Assembly (NCBI GenBank): GCA_015065265.1
Contig: SVQQ01000007.1
Span: forward strand, 475 to 64,474
DNA length: 64,000 nucleotides
From: Oscillospiraceae bacterium
Lineage (GTDB): Bacteria > Bacillota > Clostridia > Oscillospirales > SIG627
Direction: 5' to 3'
Shown: positions 17,812 through 28,615 of the stretch, piece by piece
Position numbering within the stretch: the stretch's first letter is position 1
Layout of the letters: each line of letters begins with the position of its first letter
Made by a program: the position numbers and the translations under genes
The notes under the pieces: generated by a model
What the model was told of the DNA's origin: nothing
Database searches by the model: none
What the model saw: the letters and a program-made list of their open reading frames with translations, nothing else

Positions 17812-18453
17812 TCAAAGACTTAAAAGTTCTGAAAAGTCGTATATATAGTGGTCTGCAACCTCTTTTATATCATCTACAAAGTCTCGGGAATACTCGTCGA
17901 AAACTCCGCACACTTTCATTCCCGCCTCTTTTGCGGTTTTGTCGGCAAGGAAGTTGTCGTCAAGGAAAAGTACGTCCCCCACGGGCACGTTCATACGCTT
18001 TGCCGCCATTTTGTATATGTTGGGGTCTGACTTTGTTGTAGAAAAGTCGTCACAGGACCACACGTTTTCAAAAAGGTCGAAAAGTCCCAGCCTTTTAAGG
18101 CAGGGGTCAAGGACTTTATGAGGACTTGCAGTCAAAACGTTAAGACTTGCGCCACGCTTTTTGAGTTCAAAGAGCACGTCTTTAACGTTGTTTTTTGCCT
18201 CAATTTTATAAAGGTAGAGGTCTTTTGCCCTTTCGTTCATAAAGGCGACAAGTTCCTCTTCGCTATTTTTTACGCCAAGTTCTCTGAAGTATCTTGCGCT
18301 GCCAAGGTATCCTAAAGGGGTAATTATTTTTACAATGTCACTTGTGTATTCTATCTTGTTTTCGTCAAGGATACCAAGCATTACCGACACAAAACTTGGC
18401 ATTGAGTCCACAAGTGTTCCGTCAAAATCAAATAGATAAGTCTTATAGTTCAT
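17812..18453 (-). CDS. HAD-superfamily hydrolase
   Basis: YLFDFDGTLVDS is HAD motif I, and a DD motif lies near the C-terminus. Confidence 0.8.
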   Translation of the reverse strand: MNYKTYLFDFDGTLVDSMPSFVSVMLGILDENKIEYTSDIVKIITPLGYLGSARYFRELGVKNSEEELVAFMNERAKDLYLYKIEAKNNVKDVLFELKKRGASLNVLTASPHKVLDPCLKRLGLFDLFENVWSCDDFSTTKSDPNIYKMAAKRMNVPVGDVLFLDDNFLADKTAKEAGMKVCGVFDEYSRDFVDDIKEVADHYIYDFSELLSL

Positions 18454-18706
18454 TTTTCACCTTCAAGGCGTTATTTTGTAAGTATTTTTTCTTTCAAGTG
18501 AACTTGTGCCGCCAAGGTACACCGACATATCGAAGTTTACGATAATTGTACGAATTGAAAGCACAACTATTGCAACTCCTACAATAACAGAGATAACTGA
18601 ACTCAAACATTTTGTCTTGAAGTTTTCATCTCATAGGTTTTCTCCTTTGAACTTCCCTTTTTTCATTATATCACAACGAAAAAGGAAAGTAAACGTTTTT
18701 AAAAAA

Positions 18707-18739
18707 ATAAGAGAGATTTTGCGACAAAATCTCTCTTAT
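18707..18739 (-). terminator. Intrinsic terminator of the permease gene
   Basis: AAGAGAGATTTTG-CGA-CAAAATCTCTCTT forms a 13-bp stem, followed on the minus strand by ATTTTTTT. Confidence 0.75.
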
Positions 18740-18757
18740 TTATATATTTATAAGGTT

Positions 18758-19990
18758 TTAAAATATGATTATAATCAGTTGAGCAATAATTACTACCGAA
18801 ACAAGTGCTATGGGGTAGGTTGCGGCATAGGCTGCGGCAACGTCCTCTGTCTTTGCAACTGAAATGAGTGTGCCCAGAGCAGGTGTACTTGTCATTCCCC
18901 CTGTAATTGAGCCGAGAGTGTTAAGTACGTTCATTTTAAGCACGTACTTTGCAAATATAAAGCCCACAATCATAGGAAGAACCGTCATAATTACGCCGTA
19001 AACGAAGTAACTTACCTTAAATTCTGCAACAAATCTTGCGCCACCTGCAATTCCTGCACCGATGAGGAAAAGCATAAGTCCCAGTTCTCTGAACACTTTA
19101 AGAGTGGTGGTACTTGGCATAAGGTTGATTTTTCCAAGCCTTCCGAAATGTCCGAAAACAAGGGCTGAAAGAAGGCAACCGCCTGTTGTGGTAAGAGAGA
19201 AGGTTGTTCCGTCAAAGCCTTTTGAAGTGAGAGGAATTTTAATCATTCCGATTAAGATTCCGATTACTGCGGCAATAGCGAAGGGGGCAATTCCAAAGTC
19301 GTCAAGGTCAATAAGTTTTACTTCTTTTTTCTTTGTCTTTTCACCTTCATTAAGGGATACGAGTTTCTGTCTTTCCTCGTCCATATTCACCTTTAAAATC
19401 TTCGGTAAAAGTTGAACGAATAAAACTACGCCGATAACGCCGAATATGTAAGCAATTCCGTAACCGACAGATACAAGTTGTTCAAGTTCCGGCGTTGCAA
19501 CAGATGCCTTTGCGGCGGAGAAAGCGGGGGTTGACGTCAGAGCCCCTGCGAAAAGTCCTGAAACCATGGCAGAGAGTTTTTCCATATCGGTTTCGCCCAT
19601 CATCTTACCGATATATACGCAAGAGATAGCACAAAGTCCGCCAACGATTACGATTACAAGCCCCAGCATTACGTAGGACTTAAAGTTTTTCTTCAAGTTT
19701 TCAAAGAACTTGGGCCCTGCAATAAATCCAACGGAAGAAACGAAAAGGATAAGTCCGATGTTTTCAACGATTTTCAGGGCGTTTGTGGTGTAGCCTTGAA
19801 GTTCTGCCCCAAGATTGTCATAAAAGAGACAACCGTATACAAGGGCTACAATGAATACTCCTGCGGTACCAAGGGAAACACCTTTTATAGTAATTCTTCC
19901 AAGAGCGTATCCTATCATGGAAATCGCAAAAACAGAGAACACCAAAAAGGTAACTCCCGTAATTGTCAATGCTCCTCCAAATAAAGTCAT
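18758..19990 (-). CDS. AAE-family (YidE/YbjL-like, Asp-Al_Ex) permease lacking the central RCK-C domains
   Basis: Has two homologous halves of 5-6 TM helices each, with GRITIKGVSLGTAGVFIVALVYG-type motifs. The central loop is short. Confidence 0.65.
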   Translation of the reverse strand: MTLFGGALTITGVTFLVFSVFAISMIGYALGRITIKGVSLGTAGVFIVALVYGCLFYDNLGAELQGYTTNALKIVENIGLILFVSSVGFIAGPKFFENLKKNFKSYVMLGLVIVIVGGLCAISCVYIGKMMGETDMEKLSAMVSGLFAGALTSTPAFSAAKASVATPELEQLVSVGYGIAYIFGVIGVVLFVQLLPKILKVNMDEERQKLVSLNEGEKTKKKEVKLIDLDDFGIAPFAIAAVIGILIGMIKIPLTSKGFDGTTFSLTTTGGCLLSALVFGHFGRLGKINLMPSTTTLKVFRELGLMLFLIGAGIAGGARFVAEFKVSYFVYGVIMTVLPMIVGFIFAKYVLKMNVLNTLGSITGGMTSTPALGTLISVAKTEDVAAAYAATYPIALVSVVIIAQLIIIIF

Positions 19991-20256
19991 TTTGTAAAAC
20001 CTCTTTTCTTAATTAAAAACAGTATAGCCCGTAGGCAACACCGCTTATTATACTACAATTATACATTGATGTCAAGTTTTGTCAGGGTGCTTTTCCTCTT
20101 TTTCCTTTGGAAAAGCGGGGTATAAAATAAAGGCGGTGAGGGACGCTATAAATTTACGAAAACTCTTTACTTTTTGATGATTTTTTGTTATAATTTAATT
20201 GGGTATATATTGCCTGAAAAAGTGACGTTTATTTGCTTTCTTTAAGGAGGAAAATT

Positions 20257-20787
20257 TTGAAAAAATTATTAGTTGTAACTATGTTGCTCACTATTGTTTT
20301 AACCCTTGCTTCTTGCTCAAAAAAGGAAGAAACAGGATTTCCCGAAGGTATGACCTATAGCGAAAACGATGCGGTTGATTTTATGTTTTTTTACCCTGAA
20401 GACTGGACCCTTGACAGAAATGACGGAATGGTAAGTGCAAGAGTTTCCGACAAAGACCACTCCAACGTGTCCGTTACAGTATTTACTTCGCCCGAGGGCG
20501 TTGTGGATATCGAAGGATATCTTAAAGACACCTATCTTGGCTACGTGAAGGAGAACTTCCCAGACCTTGAAATGCTTTCCGAGAACGAAAAGACGACTCT
20601 TGGCGGAGTAGATGCAAGACAGAACGTGTTTTCCGCAACCGTTGCAGGTGAAAAGTATCAGTTCCTTCAGGTTATTACCTACCGCTACGGATATATTTAC
20701 ATTCTCACCTATACGTCGACAGCCGAAGGTTTTGACTCTCACACAGAAGAAGTACAGAAGATTATAAAGGAATTTAAGTTTAATTAA
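20257..20787 (+). CDS. Lipoprotein, unknown function
   Basis: TTG at 20257 lies 6 nt after AAGGAGG and gives MKKLLVVTMLLTIVLTLASC (a lipobox). The ORF-track start at 20233 is probably too early. Confidence 0.6.
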   Translation: MKKLLVVTMLLTIVLTLASCSKKEETGFPEGMTYSENDAVDFMFFYPEDWTLDRNDGMVSARVSDKDHSNVSVTVFTSPEGVVDIEGYLKDTYLGYVKENFPDLEMLSENEKTTLGGVDARQNVFSATVAGEKYQFLQVITYRYGYIYILTYTSTAEGFDSHTEEVQKIIKEFKFN

Positions 20788-20797
20788 GGTATAAAAA

Positions 20798-21796
20798 ATG
20801 GCAAAAAGAGAAAAAAGGGCTTGTCCTACCGCAAATAACAGAGTTGGCGGACAGGCTGTGCTTGAAGGAGTTATGATGAAGCACAAGGATTTTTGTGCGA
20901 CAGCAGTAAGATGCCCCGACAAGACTATCGCTGTAGATAAAAGACAGGTTAAAAGTATAAAAGATAAATGTTTTCTGTTTCGTCTCCCCATAATACGAGG
21001 AGTTGTAAACTTCGTTGAGACCTTGCGTCTTTCGATGTCAACCCTCACCCTTTCGGCAGAACTGCAAGGAATTGAGGAAGAAAAGTCGGAATTTGAAAAG
21101 AAACTTGAGAAAAAACTCGGAAAAAGCATTATGGGTATTGCGGCAGTTATTGGCGGAATACTGGGAGTTGTAGTGGCTCTGGCGATGTTCTTCTATCTGC
21201 CTATGCTGGTGTCGAAGTTTGTGTCCCTTTTCGTTGATATGAACTTTGTCTTAAAGGCTATTGTTGAAGGCGTATCTAAATTTTCAATCTTTTTACTCTA
21301 CGTTTGGGCGGTGGCTTTTATGCCGGACATCAGACGTACCTATGAATACCACGGTGCAGAGCATAAATCCATTTTCTGCCACGAACAAGGACTCCCTCTC
21401 ACCGTTGAAAACGTAAAAAAACAGTCACGTTTCCATCCAAGATGCGGAACGAGTTTAATGTTCGTTATGCTACTGATTGGAATGCTCGTTTCTATGTGCC
21501 TTCCCGCAACCTTGTGGGATAACCTCTTTGTACGTTTCCTTGTGAAACTCTTAATCCTTCCCCTTGTGGTTGGCGTTGGATACGAATTCACCATATTTGC
21601 AGGAACACACGACAATTTTGTCCTACGTATTCTTACCGCGCCTGGATTATGGTTCCAGAGACTTACCACAAGAGAGCCTGACGCAAGACAGATTGAAGTG
21701 GCGATAGTCGCCTTAAAGTCTGCTATGCCTCACGTCTATCCCGAGGAAAGCGTATTTGATAATATTGAAAACAAAAAAGACGAGGGTGAACTTTGA
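20798..21796 (+). CDS. DUF1385-family membrane-associated protein
   Basis: VGGQAVLEGVMMK...YHGAEHK is typical of DUF1385, which is usually found next to prmC. Confidence 0.75.
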   Translation: MAKREKRACPTANNRVGGQAVLEGVMMKHKDFCATAVRCPDKTIAVDKRQVKSIKDKCFLFRLPIIRGVVNFVETLRLSMSTLTLSAELQGIEEEKSEFEKKLEKKLGKSIMGIAAVIGGILGVVVALAMFFYLPMLVSKFVSLFVDMNFVLKAIVEGVSKFSIFLLYVWAVAFMPDIRRTYEYHGAEHKSIFCHEQGLPLTVENVKKQSRFHPRCGTSLMFVMLLIGMLVSMCLPATLWDNLFVRFLVKLLILPLVVGVGYEFTIFAGTHDNFVLRILTAPGLWFQRLTTREPDARQIEVAIVALKSAMPHVYPEESVFDNIENKKDEGEL

Positions 21797-22596
21797 GAGA
21801 ACTGAAAAAGATTTGGGAAGAAAGTGAATTTGCAAGAGAGAACCTGTCTTTTCACGAGACCCTTTCCCTGATTCTTGAAAAGAAGGGATATACCCTTGAC
21901 CACCTGCTTCTTGAAAAGGAAATTGACAAGGAAAGCCTTGAGGAGATTACCTCTCTATTCAAAAGGGCGGTAAACGGAGAAGTCCTCGGTTACCTTTTGG
22001 GAAAAGTTCCTTTTTATGACAGTGAATTTTTCGTAAAAGAAGGGGTGCTCGTTCCAAGGCGTGACAGTGAGACCCTTGTAGAGTGCGCCATAGAAAACGT
22101 TCCGAAGAACGCACACTTTATAGATATGTGTACAGGTAGCGGTTGTATAGGACTTTCAATACTTTTAAAAAGAGACGACCTTACTGCAACCCTCTGTGAT
22201 ATATCACCTGTCAGTGAAGAGGTAGCAAAAGAGAATATTTCCCGTTTATCCCTTAAAGACAGATGTTCTTTTTGCTCCTTTGACCTCTTTTCAGACCGCC
22301 TTGAAAGTCTCGGGGACTTTTCAGCAATAGTTATGAACCCCCCGTATATCACAACAGAACAGATGAAAGCGCTCCCCGAAAACGTAAAAAAAGAACCTGC
22401 TCTTGCCCTTGACGGTGGACCTGACGGACTTAAATTTTACCGTTTTCTTGCAGAAAAGAAAGATACTTTACGTGGAAAGACCTTGATTTTTGAAATAGGC
22501 TATGATGAGGGGGAAAGCCTTGTATCTCTTTTCGGCGGCGGGAAAATCATAAAAGACCTATCAAAAAACGACAGAGTCTTTATAATTAAACTTTGA
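21793..22596 (+). CDS. prmC: Release-factor glutamine N5-methyltransferase
   Basis: Contains [10 protein letters not shown] (SAM motif) and the catalytic motif VMNPPYI. Confidence 0.85.
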   Translation: MRELKKIWEESEFARENLSFHETLSLILEKKGYTLDHLLLEKEIDKESLEEITSLFKRAVNGEVLGYLLGKVPFYDSEFFVKEGVLVPRRDSETLVECAIENVPKNAHFIDMCTGSGCIGLSILLKRDDLTATLCDISPVSEEVAKENISRLSLKDRCSFCSFDLFSDRLESLGDFSAIVMNPPYITTEQMKALPENVKKEPALALDGGPDGLKFYRFLAEKKDTLRGKTLIFEIGYDEGESLVSLFGGGKIIKDLSKNDRVFIIKL

Positions 22597-22621
22597 AAAA
22601 TTAAAAAGTGAGGATATAAAA

Positions 22622-23731
22622 ATGGACGAGAAGAAGAAAAAAGCACAAGAACTCGACGGGGAAAACTCCTCATCGGGTAGAGAAGCGGCGAGAAAGAAAG
22701 CAATATCCCAGATTACAAAAAGATACGGACAAGGCTCAATTATGAGACTTGGTGACAACACCGATATGCAGATAAGCGCAATTCCCACAGGGTCACTTTC
22801 CCTTGACTTTGCTTTAGGGATTGGCGGTGTTCCCAAGGGAAGAATAGTTGAAATTTATGGGCCTGAGAGTTCAGGTAAGACCACTCTTGCTTTGCATATT
22901 GCGGCAGAGGCTCAGAAACTCGGCGGTTCGGCGGCGTTTATTGATGCGGAACACGCTCTTGACCCAGGTTATGCACAGGCAATCGGCGTTGACATTGACG
23001 ACCTTCTTGTAGCACAACCCGACAACGGTGAACAGGCTCTTGAAATTGCCGAAGCCCTTATCCGTTCTGACGCTATCGACGTAATTATTATCGACTCGGT
23101 TGCCGCCCTTGTTCCCAAGGCGGAAATTGAGGGTGATATGGGTCAGGCTATGGTAGGCGCTCATGCAAGACTTATGTCACAGGCACTTCGTAAACTCTCG
23201 GGCGCTATCGCCAAGAGTCAGTGTGTACTTATCTTCATAAACCAACTTCGTGAAAAGGTTGGTATCGTCTACGGAAACCCCGAGGTTACCACAGGCGGTA
23301 AGGCACTTAAATTCTACGCATCTGTAAGAATTGACGTCCGTCGTGGACAACAGATTAAAAACAAGAGTGACGTTGTGGGTAACCACACTAAATGTAAAGT
23401 TGTTAAAAACAAGGTTGCCGCTCCCTTTAAGTCGGCAGAGTTCGACATTATGTACGGAGAAGGCATTTCTTCCGACGGAGAACTTCTCGACCTCGGCGAA
23501 AGCCTTGGAATTGTCCAGAAGAGCGGTTCTTGGTACGGATACAACGGTCTTCGTCTCGGACAGGGTAAGGACAACTCGAAAATTTATCTTAAAGAGAACC
23601 CCGACATTCGTGAAGAAATCAAGTCTAAGATTTTAGCACAGGCAAACGAACTTCAAGGAAAACTCTCCTTTGGTGGAATAAGCGGTCTTGACGACGATGA
23701 CGACGAAATCGGCGACGGATTTGACGAATGA
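22622..23731 (+). CDS. recA: Recombinase RecA
   Basis: Contains [12 protein letters not shown] (Walker A) and shows RecA signatures along the full length. Confidence 0.97.
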   Translation: MDEKKKKAQELDGENSSSGREAARKKAISQITKRYGQGSIMRLGDNTDMQISAIPTGSLSLDFALGIGGVPKGRIVEIYGPESSGKTTLALHIAAEAQKLGGSAAFIDAEHALDPGYAQAIGVDIDDLLVAQPDNGEQALEIAEALIRSDAIDVIIIDSVAALVPKAEIEGDMGQAMVGAHARLMSQALRKLSGAIAKSQCVLIFINQLREKVGIVYGNPEVTTGGKALKFYASVRIDVRRGQQIKNKSDVVGNHTKCKVVKNKVAAPFKSAEFDIMYGEGISSDGELLDLGESLGIVQKSGSWYGYNGLRLGQGKDNSKIYLKENPDIREEIKSKILAQANELQGKLSFGGISGLDDDDDEIGDGFDE

Positions 23732-24330
23732 AATTCATAAGAGCATATCACATACAGAAGAATAACGAAAGTGTTGTAGTCACCGACTGCGGTGAATTTC
23801 CCATATGGGTAAAGGACTTTGAAAAGTACTTTTCAAGCCTTTGTGCAGGTGACGAAATTGCAGAGGAAGAAACCCTTGTTACCCTTGCAGTACGCCGTGA
23901 CGTGAAGAAGACTGCTATCAGGCGACTTGCGGCGGGTGACGTGACGAAAAAGGCTCTTTCAAAAAAACTTATGTCGAAAAAGGTTTTCGGAAGATACCCC
24001 GAAAAAGAGTTTGTAGACTCTCTTCTTGACAAACTTGAAAAGGCAGGGTACATTGACGACGTATCTTTTGCAAAAAGGACCGTCAACAAGTGCGCTGAAA
24101 AAAACTGGGGAGAAATGAAAATCCGTGCCTATATGCAGGAAAAAGGGTTTTTAACAGAGCACATTAACCTTGCCCTTGAAGAAGAAAACCCCGATTTCGT
24201 AGGTATTGCCGAAACACTTATAAAGCGAGACTTTCTCTCCTGTGACAAGGACACCGTTTACCGACGCCTTTACACAAGAGGTTTTAAGGGCGACGAAATA
24301 GCAGAGGCTCTGGGAAGGATAGAAAAATAA
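23728..24330 (+). CDS. recX: RecA regulator RecX
   Basis: Overlaps recA by 4 nt. It has repeated helical modules with (Y/F)IDDxxFA motifs. Confidence 0.8.
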   Translation: MKFIRAYHIQKNNESVVVTDCGEFPIWVKDFEKYFSSLCAGDEIAEEETLVTLAVRRDVKKTAIRRLAAGDVTKKALSKKLMSKKVFGRYPEKEFVDSLLDKLEKAGYIDDVSFAKRTVNKCAEKNWGEMKIRAYMQEKGFLTEHINLALEEENPDFVGIAETLIKRDFLSCDKDTVYRRLYTRGFKGDEIAEALGRIEK

Positions 24331-24334
24331 AAAA

Positions 24335-25663
24335 ATGAGTATAAAAGTTGGATTTGTGTCACTTGGCTGCCCCAAAAACACCTGTGACACCGAAGTGATG
24401 CTTGGTCTTATAAACGAGGCGGGAATGGAAATCGTAGAGGAAGACATTTATGCCGACGTTATGGTAATTAACACCTGCGCATTCATTCAGAGTGCAAAGG
24501 AAGAGGCAATAGAGACAATTCTCGACGTAAACTACCTCAAAGAGCATCACAACTTAAAGGGCATTGTGGTAACAGGTTGCCTTGCTACCCGATATGCCAA
24601 GGATATAGAGAAAAATCTGCCCGAAGTCGACGCCATTTTATCGGCAGGTGACGAAGGTAAAATATGTGAGGCGGTTGAGGCGGCTTACAGAGGGGAAAAG
24701 TATATTTCCTTTTCTCCCACCGAAAACCTCGCCTTTGGCGGTGACAGGGTAGTTACTACCCCCGAATACACCGCATATTTGAAAATTGCAGAGGGTTGCG
24801 ATAACCGTTGCGCCTACTGTTCTATTCCCAATATCAGAGGAAAGTTCAGAAGCCGTGAAGAAGAGGACATTGTGGCGGAAGCCCATACCCTTTTTGACCT
24901 TGGTGTCAGAGAACTCTGCCTTGTGGCTCAGGACACGACCCGTTGGGGACTTGACCTTTACGGTGAGTACAGACTCGACAAACTCGTTGAGAGACTTGCC
25001 ACCGAAGAGGGACTCGGTTTTAAGTGGATACGACTTCTCTACTGTTATCCCGACAAGATTACCGACTCACTTATCGACGTTATGGCAAAGTACAAAAACG
25101 TTGCAAAGTACATAGATATGCCAATTCAACACATAAACGACAGGGTACTGTCGGTTATGAACAGACACGGCGGAAGCGAAGTTATAAAGAGTGCAGTTCG
25201 TCGTTTAAGGGCGAAAATGCCTGATATAACTATAAGAACTACGGTTATAACGGGATTTCCCACAGAGACGGCAGAAGAATTTTACGAAATGCTTGACTTT
25301 GTAAAAGAGACACGTTTTTCGAGACTGGGGGCTTTCCCTTATTCAAGAGAAGAAGGCACTCCCGCTTATGATATGAAACAGGTGTCCGTGAAAAACCGTG
25401 AAAAACGTGCCGACGCCATAATGGAAGCGCAACACGATATACACGCCGAAAATAACGAAAAACTCATAGGAAAGACTATTGAAGTTCTGTCAGAGGGCTA
25501 CGACCCTGTTGCCGAAACCTATTTTGGCAGAAGTGAAATGGACGCCCCCGACATTGACTCCAAGGTGTATTTCTCGGCGAAAAGACGAATTCGAGACGGA
25601 GAGTTTATTAAAGTTGAAATTACAGGCTCTCTGGACTATGACCTTATAGGAAAACAAATATAG
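24335..25663 (+). CDS. rimO: Ribosomal protein S12 methylthiotransferase
   Basis: Begins VGFVSLGCPKN, has the radical-SAM motif CDNRCAYC, and ends in a TRAM domain. Confidence 0.9.
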   Translation: MSIKVGFVSLGCPKNTCDTEVMLGLINEAGMEIVEEDIYADVMVINTCAFIQSAKEEAIETILDVNYLKEHHNLKGIVVTGCLATRYAKDIEKNLPEVDAILSAGDEGKICEAVEAAYRGEKYISFSPTENLAFGGDRVVTTPEYTAYLKIAEGCDNRCAYCSIPNIRGKFRSREEEDIVAEAHTLFDLGVRELCLVAQDTTRWGLDLYGEYRLDKLVERLATEEGLGFKWIRLLYCYPDKITDSLIDVMAKYKNVAKYIDMPIQHINDRVLSVMNRHGGSEVIKSAVRRLRAKMPDITIRTTVITGFPTETAEEFYEMLDFVKETRFSRLGAFPYSREEGTPAYDMKQVSVKNREKRADAIMEAQHDIHAENNEKLIGKTIEVLSEGYDPVAETYFGRSEMDAPDIDSKVYFSAKRRIRDGEFIKVEITGSLDYDLIGKQI

Positions 25664-25681
25664 ATGCCGAAAGGAAACGTT

Positions 25682-26257
25682 ATGAGTAAAATCAATCTTC
25701 CAAACAAACTGACCGTTTTAAGAATGTGCCTTGTTCCTGTTGTAATGTTGTTTATTCTTTATCCCTCACTTACAGGGAACAACAGCGTACTTTACGGAAT
25801 TATCCCCGCACTTCTTTTCATCATTACCGCAATTACCGACTTCATTGACGGTAAAATCGCCCGTAAATACAATCTCATTACCGATTTCGGTAAATTTATG
25901 GACCCTGTTGCCGATAAGTTTATGGTTATAGGAACTCTTATGTCAATCACCTTCGCCAACGCGTCACTCCGTCCATATTTAGTATGGGTTACCATTATCG
26001 TTATCTTCCGTGAACTTGCAATCACTTCAATCAGACTTGTAGTTTCGGGAGAAGGTATCGTTGTGGCGGCAAACTGGCTTGGAAAGTGCAAGACTATGAC
26101 ACAGTCTATTGCAATAGTTGTCTTCCTTATCGAGCATCTTTTGTGGGACTATTATTATCTGTCATACGTAGGGCTTGTTGCAACAGCGGTGTTGACACTC
26201 TGGTCAGGCTTTAACTACATTAAGGAGTACTGGAAATACATTGACCCAACAAAATAA
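25682..26257 (+). CDS. pgsA: CDP-diacylglycerol--glycerol-3-phosphate 3-phosphatidyltransferase
   Basis: LPNKLTVLRM...DFIDGKIARKYNLITDFGKFMDPVADK is the CDP-alcohol phosphatidyltransferase motif. An alternative start is at 25664. Confidence 0.85.
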   Translation: MSKINLPNKLTVLRMCLVPVVMLFILYPSLTGNNSVLYGIIPALLFIITAITDFIDGKIARKYNLITDFGKFMDPVADKFMVIGTLMSITFANASLRPYLVWVTIIVIFRELAITSIRLVVSGEGIVVAANWLGKCKTMTQSIAIVVFLIEHLLWDYYYLSYVGLVATAVLTLWSGFNYIKEYWKYIDPTK

Positions 26258-27533
26258 TTTTAAAGAAACTCTCACGAAATCAAAATCAGGCGTGAGAATT
26301 TACTCTTTTCACACTCCCGTTCACAGTTTTTGTCTGTCCCTGTATATTCCTGCAGGGCCTATGTACGAAAAAAGTATTGAAGCGGGATATTCCCACTTTT
26401 TTGAGCATATGGTGTTCCGCAACGTAAACCGACTGATGTCGGGTGAACTCTATCGGGAACTTGACAAGTTTGGGTTAACCCTGTCGGGCACAACCTACAA
26501 CGAGTTTATTCAACTCTCAATTTGCGGTTCTCCCAAGTTTTTTAACAAGGCATCTGAAATTCTCACCCTTGCCCTTGAAGAAATCGTAGTTACAAAAGAG
26601 GAACTTTCAGGGGAAAGAGAAAGAGTTAAGAGGGAAATCCGTGAGGACACCTACTCTTCAACTATTGACGCTTTAAGTCAAAAGGCGGTATGGTGTGGCA
26701 CGTCTCTTTCGGAAACCATTACAGGCAGTGTGGGAAATCTCTCGAAAATTACTGTAAACAAACTTAAAAAGTTCAGTCAGACACTTATGTCTCGGAATAA
26801 TATATTTTTCTATCTTACAGGAGCGTTTTGTGAAGATAACGTGGATTTTCTCACCTCACTTGTAGATAAAAAGGAACTCCCCTTGTCCCCAAAACGACAG
26901 AATCTTGCACCTGTGCCACCCCTTTTCTTTAAAAGGGCGTGTGAGGTGAAGGCGAAGAGAGACGACGTGTGCAAGGTGAAACTTGCTTTCGACGTAGACA
27001 CCGAGAAGGTGAAAAAGCCTGTCCGCGACCTTATCTACGATATCCTTTTTCAAGGGGATACGTCACAGGTCTTTTTGGAACTTTCCGAAAAGAACGGTTA
27101 CGTATATTCCTATGATGCAAACTTTGAAGAATATCTGAACGTTGGGGTACTGACCCTCTCTTTTGAGACTTCAAAGGCGGATTTTTCAAAGGCTCTTGAA
27201 GTGGTGAAGGACATTTTTATATCTCTTCGAGAAAACGAAGAAGAGGACCGTCTCGCCCTTGCGAAAGTCCCTTATACCGAAAACTACCTCTTTATTCTCG
27301 ACGACGCCGAGGCTCTTAACTTCAATAAAGCGGTGGAGTCTCACTTTTTGGGCTTTGACTACAAAACCCTTGAAGAAAGACGCGCCTTTTATGAAAAGGT
27401 GACGGGAAATGACGTAAAAGAGGGGGCAAAGGAAATCTTCAAAAAGGAAAACCTCACCGTCTCTATAAAGCACAAAAATCCCGAGTTTGCCATAAAGGAA
27501 GTAAAACGTATATTTTTTGACGGTAATTTCTGA
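26241..27533 (+). CDS. M16 (insulinase/pitrilysin) family peptidase-like protein
   Basis: HFFEH is the inverted zinc motif HxxEH. TTG start overlaps the end of pgsA. Confidence 0.7.
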   Translation: MTQQNNFKETLTKSKSGVRIYSFHTPVHSFCLSLYIPAGPMYEKSIEAGYSHFFEHMVFRNVNRLMSGELYRELDKFGLTLSGTTYNEFIQLSICGSPKFFNKASEILTLALEEIVVTKEELSGERERVKREIREDTYSSTIDALSQKAVWCGTSLSETITGSVGNLSKITVNKLKKFSQTLMSRNNIFFYLTGAFCEDNVDFLTSLVDKKELPLSPKRQNLAPVPPLFFKRACEVKAKRDDVCKVKLAFDVDTEKVKKPVRDLIYDILFQGDTSQVFLELSEKNGYVYSYDANFEEYLNVGVLTLSFETSKADFSKALEVVKDIFISLRENEEEDRLALAKVPYTENYLFILDDAEALNFNKAVESHFLGFDYKTLEERRAFYEKVTGNDVKEGAKEIFKKENLTVSIKHKNPEFAIKEVKRIFFDGNF

Positions 27534-27558
27534 AAATTTATAAATAACGTAGGTCAAA

Positions 27559-28596
27559 ATGAGGAAAATTAGTTTTAAGAAAAAAGTTTTTTCGTTTCTC
27601 TTTTTATCCCTTGTTTTCCTGCTGTTTTCTTGCGGTGTAAATGAAGAAACCCCTGTCACACCAAAGGAAAAAGAAACGGTTAACACAAGTGAAAAAGAGT
27701 TTTTTGAAAAAATACTCACAAAAGTGCTCTCGGTTACCACCGACGTGTCGGGGGGTAGTGCCACCGTCTTTTATGAAGAGGGGGACGACCTTTACGCCGT
27801 AACGAACTGTCACGTGATTAAGGGAGCAGGAGAAATTTATCTCTCCGCCTTTTCTTATGAAAAAAAGAGACACCCTGCCGTATGTATTTGGAAGAGTGAA
27901 GAATACGACCTTGCCCTACTGAAAGCCGAAGGGCTGAAAAAGGAGTATCCCGCTTTAACTCCTGTGACCTTTATTAAAGAAGACAACACTTTTGTAGGGC
28001 AAAGGGTATATTTTGCAGGAAACTTCGAGTCTTCGGGTATATCCGTTGACTGCGCCAGGGTTGGAAGACTTGGTGAATACCTCTCACTTCCGACGTTAGA
28101 TAAAACGCTTCCTTTTATAAGACTTCGAGGGGATATCCCTCAAGGTGCGTCAGGCGGCCCTGTATTTGATGAAAACGGAGAGGTTTTGGGAATTGTCACC
28201 GCCCGTCGCACAGACACAAGCGAGGGCTACGCCCTTGACTCGTTCACGGTTCAATATGTTGTGTCAGAGGTAATAAAAAAAGGCTACGCCACCTGTTTTG
28301 ACTTCGGAATAGAGGTAAAAAACATTGGGGGAATAGTAAAAGACGAGCCAAATCAGATAGCGGTCTCAAGCCTTAAAATAGGCTCTCTTGCCTCCGCCTT
28401 TTTGAAAGTGGGCGACGTTATAAAGGCAATAAAGATAAATGATGAGACCTTTAGAGTTCCTTTTTCTCACGTTTTTTCAAGGCTTTTGTTGAATGTGAAG
28501 GAAGAAGATAACATAACAATAGAGTATATACGTGGCGGGAAAGATGAAAAGTACGCCTTTACCGTCCATAAACGTTATATAAAAGAAATAAATTGA
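27559..28596 (+). CDS. Trypsin-like (S1/HtrA-type) serine protease lipoprotein
   Basis: Lipobox LLFSCG. The triad context is TNCHVI (His), YDLALLK (Asp) and GASGGPVF (Ser). Confidence 0.75.
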   Translation: MRKISFKKKVFSFLFLSLVFLLFSCGVNEETPVTPKEKETVNTSEKEFFEKILTKVLSVTTDVSGGSATVFYEEGDDLYAVTNCHVIKGAGEIYLSAFSYEKKRHPAVCIWKSEEYDLALLKAEGLKKEYPALTPVTFIKEDNTFVGQRVYFAGNFESSGISVDCARVGRLGEYLSLPTLDKTLPFIRLRGDIPQGASGGPVFDENGEVLGIVTARRTDTSEGYALDSFTVQYVVSEVIKKGYATCFDFGIEVKNIGGIVKDEPNQIAVSSLKIGSLASAFLKVGDVIKAIKINDETFRVPFSHVFSRLLLNVKEEDNITIEYIRGGKDEKYAFTVHKRYIKEIN

Positions 28597-28615
28597 CTAA
28601 AAAAGGAGAAAAGAA

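Noticed and set aside
18506-18862. 118-aa + ORF, and a possible small TTG-start membrane peptide on the minus strand, in the HAD-permease spacer
   Set aside because: The + ORF runs through a terminator and overlaps the 3' end of the minus-strand permease gene in antisense. The minus-strand peptide has no RBS and only a TTG start.
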